Under the pieces are notes generated by a model. The model was not told the DNA's origin. It saw only the letters and a list, made by a program, of their open reading frames with translations, and did not search any database. Positions 11,825 through 22,229 of a stretch of DNA of 64,000 nt are shown here, piece after piece (position 1 is the stretch's first letter; each line of letters begins with the position of its first letter). The position numbers were made by a program, and so were the translations under genes. This DNA is from Azolla caroliniana (taxonomy: Eukaryota; Plantae; Polypodiophyta), in assembly GCA_043228905.1 (NCBI GenBank), contig JBHGNT010000018.1, positions 2,232,001 through 2,296,000 on the forward strand. Direction: 5' to 3'.

Positions 11825-12000
11825 ATTAACAATAATTTAATCAGAAACAACTACATAATCATGTGTAGATATGTACTGTTTGTGAATCATTAACAATCAT
11901 TTCCTCAGAAACAAATACATAATCATGTGTAGATATATATACTGTGTATGAATAATTAACTATGATTAATCAGAAACAAATAATTAATTAATCAGAACCT
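11825..12000. repeat. AT-rich ~60-65 bp minisatellite split by the copia (other part ~5840-5918)
   Basis: attaacaataatttaatcagaaac...gtgtagatat units on both sides of the element. Confidence 0.75.
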
Positions 12001-13368
12001 AATATAAATAAATAACCTAAAATGAATTAATTAAATAGAAAAGAAATATATACTTAGTAATCATTCATTAGTTAAAAAGTAAAAATATTAAACCAATAAA
12101 TAAATAGTTGAAATTAAATCATCAGAAATAAATACATATGTAGATAGTTAAAATATTAAAGTAAAAGTAAAAAAATAGTTGAAAATAAACAATTAAAAAT
12201 AAGTAATAAACAATCAAGATTAAATAGTTTTGTAAGTACATTGCGTCTCTTTTTATAGCTTTTCTTTTTTTGCTTTGCTGCGTTTTTGCGTTTTGTTTTG
12301 CTGCTTTTTGCCCAAAAGAGAGAAGGGGCTTTTCCACTTCAAGAAAAGCAGAACACATTCTTCACAACACATTTAACTGCCTCTTTCTCGTACCATGTGG
12401 TTGACGCATTATGGCCGGGTGAGCGGATGGTCTTTTGCAATGTGATGTATATGATATCAGATGAAAGAATTCACCCTCAGGAATGCATGAGGTTCGCACC
12501 GAAACTAGTTTCAACATTAGGGAAGCAAATGTTGAATACCTGTTCTTGGTAGTATTCATTCATAAGTGGGCAATGGTGGGTCTAATTGGAACTTTGCACA
12601 AAAATATCTAACAATTGGAAGGGTGGTGTGCCCAAGTAACGAACTTCGAGTTGATCTATAGGATGCTGTCTGACAATGTAGTTTCATTTATTCGTGTGAT
12701 GGCTTGGAATATGTTGTGCAAGTGATCATGGATCTATAGAAGTTTTTGTCCCTTGTTGCCTTTAAACTACTTCATGGGTGAGGTTTGAACGATTTCAAGC
12801 ACAAGGTCATATGGGTTAAACGACCTTTGTGTGGGAAAATGGAATATGAAATAAATATATTCAACTGAAAAAGTGAACTCCAGGGGGTCCCCATCATCAA
12901 ATACTGGCATAAAACAATTTGCATGGTCTTCATGTCATATATAGCCTTTGAGGGAATTGTTAGATAAGCTCTATATCATATGAGTTGGACACCCAAGGGA
13001 GAACTAGGATGCCTAATCGTGGGTGTGGCAAAAAATAGGTGATATCTTGGTATGGTAAATGGCCACAACATTGGGCATCTTAAAACCAAGGTCCAACATC
13101 TTTGAAAGAAATATCATTGTAAGATAAGCACATTAAAGTCATAGACCACTTCATATATTGGGATTCATCGAAGCATCAAGCAATTATATGTTCGATACGG
13201 CATATTCCAATTTAACAATAATCAAATACAAGTTATTCTAAACACAGGCCGCTAACTGATCAACAAGAATCGGAAGAGTCCACAAGAGCGGTGCTAAATG
13301 TGGTGTCACTACATTCTTGTAAGTTTGTAACTAATGATGTGAATTGTCTAGCTCATCAAGAAGAGACT

Positions 13369-13514
13369 AACTAGAAGTGTGTAGAAGGTTTGTTAAGTAA
13401 GTAACAACTAGAAGTGTGTAGAAGGTTTGTTAAGTAAGTAACGACTAGAAGTGTGTACTATGTAGCTCATCGACGTGAGAGTGACTAGGGAAGTGTCTAG
13501 AAGTTTGCTAAGTA
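13369..13514. repeat. 37-bp tandem repeat, 2 full plus degenerate copies
   Basis: aactagaagtgtgtagaaggtttgttaagtaagtaac at 13369 and 13406. Confidence 0.85.
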
Positions 13515-13537
13515 GGCAGGTAGAGATATTTCGATAT

Positions 13538-13577
13538 ATCCCACATAGAGAGGACAGTTGGAGAGTGTCCTATAAAT
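13538..13577 (+). promoter_or_regulatory. Plant snRNA promoter: USE (ATCCCACATAG, 13538-13548) and TATA (13571-13577)
   Basis: 10/11 match to RTCCCACATCG at -66 and TATAAAT at -33 from the U2 start. Confidence 0.85.
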
Positions 13578-13603
13578 AAAGACGGAGATCTGACTTTCAA
13601 TTC

Positions 13604-13830
13604 ATACCTTTCTCTGCCTTTTGGCTAAGATCAAGTGTAGTATCTGTTCTTATCAGTTTAATATCTGATACGTGGTCTATAAGGCCACATGATATTAACC
13701 TAATTTCTTTCATGGGGGCAGATCTCGCTCGAGGCTGCTTGCTGTCTCTGAGAGCTGCTTGCTGTCTCTGAGAGCTGCGTGCGTCGCCTTGGTCTTGCAC
13801 TGTCGCCAAGGTCACACAGGCGTACCCCCC
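13604..13830 (+). ncRNA. U2: U2 spliceosomal snRNA (variant or pseudogene; 3' end approximate)
   Basis: ATACCTTTCTC.GCCTTTTGGCTAAGATCAAGTGTAGTATCTGTTCTTATCAGTTTAATATCTGATA with branch-point recognition GTAGTA; stem-loop IV CCTTGG-..TTGCAC..-CCAAGG. Confidence 0.93.
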
Positions 13831-14506
13831 CTTGCCTATTCTTGAACAGCTTTCAATTGAAGGAGAAGGTGAAAGTTTTTTAATCGAAGATATGGAAATC
13901 TTTGAATGGAATGATGAATTTCAATTGAAAGATTAACATGGTAATCTTTCAATCGAGGTATAATATGAGAATCTTTCAAGTGATTAATAATATTGCGTAC
14001 TTCTCAATAAGATCTTTGATGAGATCTTCATAGACATTCCTGTTATGGTGAATGATCACCTTGTTCATGAGTAGAGAGGCCACACAGTCCAGAGCAAGAA
14101 GTAAAAGAAACTTCTCATGCGAATGATATGAGTTAATCGAGCAGAGACCACATGAAAGAGCTGTGCGTTTCTGTGAATGTCATGCGTCTGTCATACATCG
14201 TGGTTGTAGCAGTTCATAGGAGGACTTTTACTTAAACTGATTCTCAGACCTAAATGCAGTTCTGATGCATGATTCTCATACATAAATGCATGGTTCTCTG
14301 TAATCTTTCTCTTTTCTCAGGCGATGGTAAAGAGTTTGAAGTGTCTGGGCAGGCAATGAAGACTCGTGTGGCCTCTGATCAGAGATGGGAAGCGTTGAAT
14401 TACAGAATTTGTTGAGTTATCTTTTGAAGAAGGGTGAGGGTTTAGGCCCTAGGGTAAATCGTCTTCTAAAACCAATATTGTCCCATGAGACAAATGATCA
14501 CTAGAA

Positions 14507-14771
14507 AGGATGTGTTCCCATTGCCCAATTATAAAAAGAAAAAGAAGGAAGTATTAAAGGCCAAATAATGGGATTAAAGATGAAAGGGGAATATAAATAA
14601 AAAAGTATTACAGCGTGATATAAAAGTGTGATAGGATGTGCTCCCAATCATAAAAAATTAAAAAAGAAGAAGAAGAAGAAGGGATTAAAGGCCCAATAAT
14701 GGTATTTAAACAGGAAAAGGGAACATAAATAAAAGAAGTAAAAGAATTATAGCGTGATATAAAAGTGTGAT
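14507..14771. repeat. Diverged ~125-140 bp tandem duplication
   Basis: aggatgtg.tccca...attaaaggcc.aataatgg...agcgtgatataaaagtgtgat twice. Confidence 0.75.
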
Positions 14772-16338
14772 GGGGGTATACATAGTATAGTCTATAAAGG
14801 AATGGTTTCATTTCCATGTAAGTCTCTTGAAAAGTAGTGAGGGAAGCTGATGGGCTTCAAGGTCCCTTGGCCTCGATGTAAATGGTATCCCGACCATCAT
14901 AGATTCGAGGTAGGGTAACTCACATTGTTATATCTTCTTAATGTATGACAATGAGTGACTTTGAAACCCAATATTCGAGGGCGTTTGGTTGCTCTCTGAG
15001 AGGCCGAGTGGTCTAGGTAGGTGGGTTACTGGAGTTGTAGAATAACGGGGTATGGCAAAGCAGCCATGAAAAGGGGGAGAAGGAGGAAGTGTGTGCAAGC
15101 ATGAAAACTCTAGAAAGGACATTGGGGGAAATGAGACAAACATAGGTTCATGTCTTGTGATTGGGTACCGTAGATTCATTGGCAATTGTAGCGTCCCATA
15201 GGGTATTGTAGTGCTCAAGGCCCTCCTTATTAACATAGGAAATTGCCTCATTTGTCTGAAGACATGAGTGCGCATCCTTGCACCTAAGCTATTGCTTCCT
15301 TCATAGTAAGGTGATCTCTTTGTTTGTAGTTTGGGTTGTAGCTTCATTTCTAAGCAAGTGATTTCTTTATTCATATATAGCAATTGCTCTCACAAACAAT
15401 TCCTATCATAGCAACACTCTCACTTTCTTCATTCATTCATGTCACTTCATTCACAAGCTCTCCTAGTCCGCACTGTTGTTTCATTCATAAAAGCTTCTTT
15501 CATTTGCTTTCCACACTTAATCTTTGCCCAACAAGCCTAAAACATAACGTTCACACAAAGCCGTCATTCACTTACATCATAGGTAGGCCAAGTTGGTATG
15601 CTGTGGTGTTGATCACGGTGTTTGCAAGTAAATGGAAAAGAAAATCACGAATCCGGGAAGTAAGCACCGGGCTTCTTGTCAAATAAAGAGGAGAAACGAA
15701 AATAGCTTGTATTGATATATCAAGATGATTACTAAGTATTTCTTGTTAATCCTTCTTACAATAATATAGCTTGTCTATCTTAAAACTATAATATTTCACG
15801 TCTACTGTTATGCCCCCCTTTATAAGATTACTCACCCCCTTTTTATACATGAGGAAGGTGGGTGCATGAGTGTCGAGTGTCACCCATATATGAGGAAGGT
15901 GGATGCATGAGTCCCAAGTGTCACCCATGCATAAGAGGCACCTACATTTGTGGGTAATAGCTTTAATAGCTAAAATACTTGTTAGTGATATGAAATGTGC
16001 TTTGGATAGGTATTTAGCTTTAATAGCTTTAATTCTTGATAGTGATAATAGCTAAATGTGTTGATAACAGGTATTTAGCTTTAAAAGTGGGTAATAGCTT
16101 TAATAGCTAAAATGCCTAATAATGAGAGTTTAAAACCGATGTTGAGAATCAAGCTCAACCTAGTCTAGTGTGTGAACACACCCTTGAGAGTGTGCACTAA
16201 AAGGTCAAAAGTCACCACTCTTATTTACACATTAAGTATGTGTCATAGAATCATATTCTATGACACATAACTAATGAGTTTCCACATTCCCCATGACTCA
16301 TGAGCTTCGGTAGTTAATGAAGAGAGAGAGAGAGTGAC

Positions 16339-16769
16339 TGTCAGGAATAATACTAAAACAGAGATAGAATCAGTACTGGAAAAGGGAAATACTATTAGTA
16401 CTAAGAGGACGGGATTGTGTAAGACTCCTGAGAGAGGAAGAGAGAAGAGGAGAGAGAGAGAAGAGGAGAGAGATGATGATAATAGAGGATATATTATGTG
16501 AAGAGTAAGTACAAAAGGGCTATGAGGCTTAAGACTGGCGTTGAACCAATTTAGTTCAAAATAATGCCTAGTGCCTTCTTTTATAGTGTTCTTAGGAGTA
16601 ATCCTAAAGCTTCTAGAATTTTCTAGAGAAATCTGGAATATACATTAATTTCTTATAATAAAACTTAAATGAAAATAATATTCTACGTATTACAATAGAT
16701 GGTATAATGGTTAAGAGCTTGACCCATATAACATAAGGTCATGGGTTTGAGTTTTGCCATATCATGACT
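16339..16769 (-). repeat. 3' LTR of the chromovirus
   Basis: Diverged direct repeat of 47507-47963. Confidence 0.93.
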
Positions 16770-16785
16770 CTATCTCCCCCTTAAG

Positions 16786-19700
16786 ATGACGAGTGGAACG
16801 AGTAGGCGCTGATTGCGGACCGGGTTTGTTTGGATACTTTCAGTGGAACTCAGCAAGAAGATCCTGATCATTGGCGACATGCTCGACGGGTTCCCAAGTA
16901 TGTTCGCTCGGACTATAGCCGAGCCAATCAACCAAATAATAAAGTTTGTTGCAAACAAGTTTGGAATCGAGGACGGCAACAACTTCATACTCTGGGCCGA
17001 CTTCCAACTCAAGTGGGGATGGGGGGCGACGACGGCGTAACACGATCGGGAATAGTGTTTGCCTTATAAGGTTCAAGAAGAGAGCTATGGAAAACCGGAT
17101 GTATCTGAAGATGCGGAGGGAGATCAAGGCGGAACGTGACATCATTAACCTTACTAGTAATACGGAAAGGACTGAGTTGTCGATAATCCAACTTGTCGCA
17201 CGATTGAGTAGTCTTGATGTGACGACGTAAGAGCCATACTTGATCTCCGATGGCAAAAGAGGAGGGAAGCCAATGACGATCCACATAAGTCTTTTGTGTG
17301 TGTTGAGCATGACGAAGATGAGTAGAGAGATCCATCTGGATCTTGCGTAGCCTCTCCAAATGATCCTCGGCACGAGGATTGGTATGTAGCTCCGGGGTGT
17401 TGATCACCGACCAACGAGGATGAGAACCGGTATAAGCGTAAAATGGGGAGACCCGAGTCGAGGAGTGAACAACATTATTATATGCAAACTCCGCAAAGTG
17501 GAGAATCTTGGCCCAATCGTCTTGTTGATAACTTAGAAAACACTGGAGATATTGTTCCAGCGTTTGGTTTGTTCGTTCCGCCTGCCCATCGGTTTGGGGA
17601 TGGTAGTCGGAGGAGAGGTTGCAAGAGACCTTGAGCATCTTGAAGAGATGTTGCCAAAATTTGGAGACGAATTGAGGTCCTCGGTCTTTGATGATATTGT
17701 CTGGGAGGCCATGATGCCGAAATACCTCACGCATGACAAGGGCAGCGGTTTCTTCGCTAGTGATGGCCTTAGTACATGGCACAAAATGTGCCATCTTAGT
17801 ATATCGACCGACAATGGTTAAGATAGCATCGAACCCCTTTGAGACTGGCAGATCTGTGATAAAATCAAGACAAATAGTCTGCCATGGCTTACTTGGAATC
17901 GGTAAGGGTTCTAACGAGCCATATGGATGGTGTCGGGGCATCTTTGCTCGACAGCAAGCATCACAAGTCCGAATGTAGTCGTCGACAAAACATTGCATAT
18001 GGGGCCACCAAAAAGATCGTTGAACGAGATCCAACTTCTTGGTACTACCGAAATGTCCTGCCGTATGGGTGTCATGACAATTTTGGATGATTTGAAGGCG
18101 ACAGGAGCAATCAAGGACATATACAAGCTTTTTAAAGAATAATAAACCATCATGATATTCGAATTGTCGGTAGTCCATACCTGGTTGTTGAGATTGGGAA
18201 CAGGATGCCCGAGAGGTATCAATGTGCACCAGAATGTCTTGAGCAAAACTTTCTGTCTTCAAGTTTGTACGTATGGCATCGGTAATCCGGGAATCCATTA
18301 GGGTGTGAAAAATCCGCGTTGTGTGCAATCGTGTTGGTCCCAAGATTACTTGCTTTTGATTATCAAACGCTGGATCACTAGGACGAGGTGCAAGATATGA
18401 ACGCCGTGATAGTGCATCTGCTTTTCCTTGCTGCTTCCCTGGTCGATATGTGATTTTGAAGTCAAAACGTGTGAGGAATTGAGCACACCAAGCTTGCCTT
18501 CGATTTAGCACCCGAACGTTCTGGAAATAAGAAAGATTTTTGTGATCACTAAAGACGATGACCTAATGTGGAGAGCCCTCTAAGAAATGCCACCATTGCA
18601 TAAAGGAATCCACGATGTCTAATAACTCCTTGTCATGTATTTCGTAGTTGATTTCCGCGGCATCGAATTTACGCGAATGGAAAGCCATAGGATGTAACTC
18701 TTCTTTATCTCCTTGTTGAGAAAGGATGCTACCAAGGGTGAAATCCGATGCGTCGGCCTCCATGATGAATGGTTTGTTTGTATCCACATGAGCTAGAATA
18801 GGAGCTGATGTAAAGGCTTTCTTAAGATGCCGAAAAGCCATGTCCGCTTCATTGGACCCAAGAAATGCTTGTACCTTCTTCGTAAGTTGTGTGAGAGGTA
18901 AAATAATCTTCGAGTAATACTGTATAAACTTGTGGTAGAAGTTAGTAAAACGTAGAAAACATTGTACATCTCGTACTGACCGTGGAATTTGCCACTCTAG
19001 CATAGTTTGGAATTTAGCTGGACCCTTGGAGATGCCCTTTGAGGAGATGACGTAGCCTAGAAATTCCACTTGCTTGTAGTCAAAGCTACATTTTTCTAGC
19101 TTGGCATAAAGACCATTCTTGCGGAGTTGTTTTAGTACTAATAGTACATGAGAATCGTGCTCTTCCTGGGTCTTCGAATAAATCAATAGATCATCTAGAT
19201 AGATGGTCAAACAGATATCCAAGAGGTCTCTGAATATATCATTTGCCATGTGTTGGAAGACTGCGGGTGCATTGGTTACACCGAACAACATAATAGTATA
19301 TTCGAAATGCCCATACTGTGTGCGAAAGGCGGTCTTCCATTCATCTCCCAATCGGATCCGCACGAGGTTAGACGCTCCTCGTAGATCGATTTTTGTAAAA
19401 AACTTGGGACCATTAACTCGCTCTAAAAGACTTGATATAAGAGGAAGTGCATACCTATTCCGGATGGTGACTTTATTCAAGCCGTGGTAATCAATGACGA
19501 GACGAAGTGAGCCATCTTTCTTCTTGACAAAAAAGATGGGTGCACCAGCCGGAGATTTCGAATGACGAATAAACCCGCTTGCCAAGTTCTCCTCTATGTA
19601 GGCTCGAAGGACTTCTAACTCGGTGGGTGACAAGTTGTAAATTGGTCCCCATGGTGGCTCTATTCCTGGTTGTAAATCGATGGGACATCATAGGGACAAC

Positions 19701-20512
19701 GATGAGGAAGAGTACCGACTTTTACCTTGTCAAATACATCGGCATAAGGATGATATTTTGCCAGAAGTTTCACTAGGGATTCCTTCTTAATAGTGCTGGA
19801 AGGATGTACTGATATTGCAAATAGGAACGTTGTCTCCTTGTGTCCTTCTTCGCGTAATTGATGGAGTGAAATGGTTGAAACTCGATGAGTCGATTCTTGG
19901 GGTTGTCGATATCGGACTTCTCTTGTTCTCCAATCTATGTCTGGATTATGTAATTCAAACCAAGGTAATCCCAGGACAATGGGATGCTCTGGACTACTAA
20001 TTATATTAAAGGGAAAAGTACCAGGATACCCCTGGAAGTTTGTCTATTTACCAGAATGCCCCTAAAAGTTCCAAATTTACCAAACTACCCTTATGTCCAA
20101 AAAATTACACTTTATAAAGTAATTATACACTCAAATCTACAAGCCCTTTTACCAAAGCTGGAAGAAATGGACCTGAACTAGCCCTATTTGCCAAATATTT
20201 GAGTATATAATTACTTTATAAAGTGTAATTTTTTGGATATAGGGGTAGTTTGGTAAATTTGGAACTTCCAGGGGCATTCTGGTAAATAGACGAATTTCCA
20301 GGGGTATCCTGGTACTTTTCCCAGTATTAAATGATACTACACACACAAAACTACCTAGGACAACTTGAATGGGTTCTGACTCTTCTACAATATTCCCGGA
20401 AGCAATGGGACAACCATCAATGACTACTACAGATGTGGGGCAAGGAAGTTTTCTTAAGGATATCTGAGAAGCTTGGGCAAACCCAACCAAACGGCTCCTA
20501 TTTTGGCTGGAC
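16786..20512 (-). pseudogene. Chromovirus pol remnants: partial PR, RT (IYLDDLL), RNase H, integrase, C-terminal chromodomain (~16840-17000)
   Basis: SPAGAPIFFVKKKDGSLRLVIDY, FTKIDLRGA, EADASD, HPQTDGQAER, EYEVVAVLDSK..LYYLVDWLGYSPSEHTWEP; stops and frameshifts present. Confidence 0.93.
20011..20322. mobile_element. MITE with ~125-bp terminal inverted repeats (Mutator-like)
   Basis: GGGAAAAGTACCAGGATACCCCTGGAA...TTCCAGGGGTATCCTGGTACTTTTCCC; 9-bp flanks tatattaaa / agtattaaa; removal restores protease text VVSFN-IISSPEHPIVLGLPW. Confidence 0.9.
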
Positions 20513-21736
20513 TCAATAGTTTAACTCTTCATCTAATTGACTAAGGATTTCAAATTTATTTGAGATACTTGGGCTATTTGTACTATTAATACTATCAGAT
20601 ACTCCTAAGGGAAGAATTGACTCGGCTTTAGTACATGCTACGATTTGATTTACTTGTCTTCTTGGCCTATGGGGACAATTGATTGCGATATGCCTTGGTC
20701 CACTGCAATAAAGACATAATCGATTTGCACGTTGTCGTTGTTTTTCTTCTTCTGATAGCAGGCCAGTCAACGCATGGTGTCGATCTCCATCAGTGTCGGA
20801 GTATTTGCTTGAGGTACATCACGTGCAAACGGTTTAATCGCGATTGAGGTGTAAGTGGGCTCTGGCCTAGAGCATGGTATTTGTAATTGACGTTCCGAAC
20901 GCTGTTCGAAAGGGCGGTTGTCGCATCAAACCGCTCGACTGATTGCCTCCGTAAGAGACTTTGGTTCTTCGGGGAAGGTTAAAAGTAAATCTTTGACATC
21001 GTTTCGCAGGCCATAGTGAAATTGATCCATTAGTGCTTGATCATCCTAGGGGATATCTGTGGCGAGTAGACGAAAATCCATTGTGTAGGCAGAGGCTGGA
21101 CGATCACCTTGACGCAATCGTCGGATTTTTTTGGTTCTTCGGGGAAGGTTAAAAGTAAATCTTTGACATCGTTTTGCAGGCCATAGTGAAATTGATCCAT
21201 TAGTGCTTGATCATCCTAGGGGACATCTGTGGCGAGTAGACGAAAATCCATTGTGTAGGCAGAGGCTGGACGATCGCCTTGACGCAATCGTCGGATTTTT
21301 TTGATCGTTGTCCGGATGCTGTCGGTATCTCCAAAGCAAGCTTTAAACTCACTAATAAAGTCTTCAAAGTTATTAAGCAAGGGCGATTGTTTTTCTAGAA
21401 GCGGATCGAACCATGCCAAGACTGAACCGCTAAGGAACGTGCCTATTAGGCCGACTCTGGATGCATCAGTGGGGTATCGGAAAGGATGCATTTGGATGAC
21501 TAAGCGTACCTGATTAAGGAATCCCCTGAATTGTGATCGCGTTCCATCAAATTTCACAGGAAGTCCAATCTTGGGCTCTTTATGAAATCCTTGGGGACTT
21601 GATCCTTGTTGTTGCAATGCTGCTTCGAGTTGTTGTACCCGTAATGCTAACTCCCCATGTTGTTGATGCGTTTGTTGTTTTTCGAGAGCGATTTGTTGCA
21701 GATCCTCTATCAACCGTTGGTTTTCTTGTTCCAAGG
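20513..21736 (-). pseudogene. Chromovirus gag (main part); first codons lie at 47361-47438 beyond the nested copia
   Basis: EPKIGLPVKFDGTRSQFRGFLNQ and LCLYCSGPRHIAINCP; frame MATVSAQEYQSVFSEL*CLKEKFVAL joins EQENQRL across the TSD. Confidence 0.9.
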
Positions 21737-21775
21737 TGTGAACGTAAGTGTTTGCGGAAGCGTAAAACAGAGAAC

Positions 21776-21907
<132 letters not shown>

Positions 21908-22229
21908 AGAACGCAATTTCAAAATTATATCAAAACTTTGTATATACACTGTGCTAAGTAGCACTATTTATACAAGTCCTCTTGGGACTGACAGAAGTAC
22001 CATGTACTTCAATGCTCACACGAGCATCTGACACTTACTACGAGACTATAGCTACCTAGTAGTCTATCCTATACTAGGCTTCCAATTGGACTTCCGGTTA
22101 CGGATTGCACCCGGCCTCCACTGCTTGCCGGTTCGGTTGCTCACCGTCATACCGATCCGTTTCACCCGATCCTTCTTGCTTACCGGCTCCGGCTTATTCA
22201 GCCGATCCGGCTCCAGTTGAGCTTGCCGC

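Noticed and set aside
12380-13350. Moderately GC-rich stretch that may be a gene or TE relic
   Set aside because: No sustained frame or recognisable domain
14300-15400. Acceptor-like site (ttttctcag at ~14320) and a 151-aa minus ORF
   Set aside because: No coherent gene model or homology recognisable
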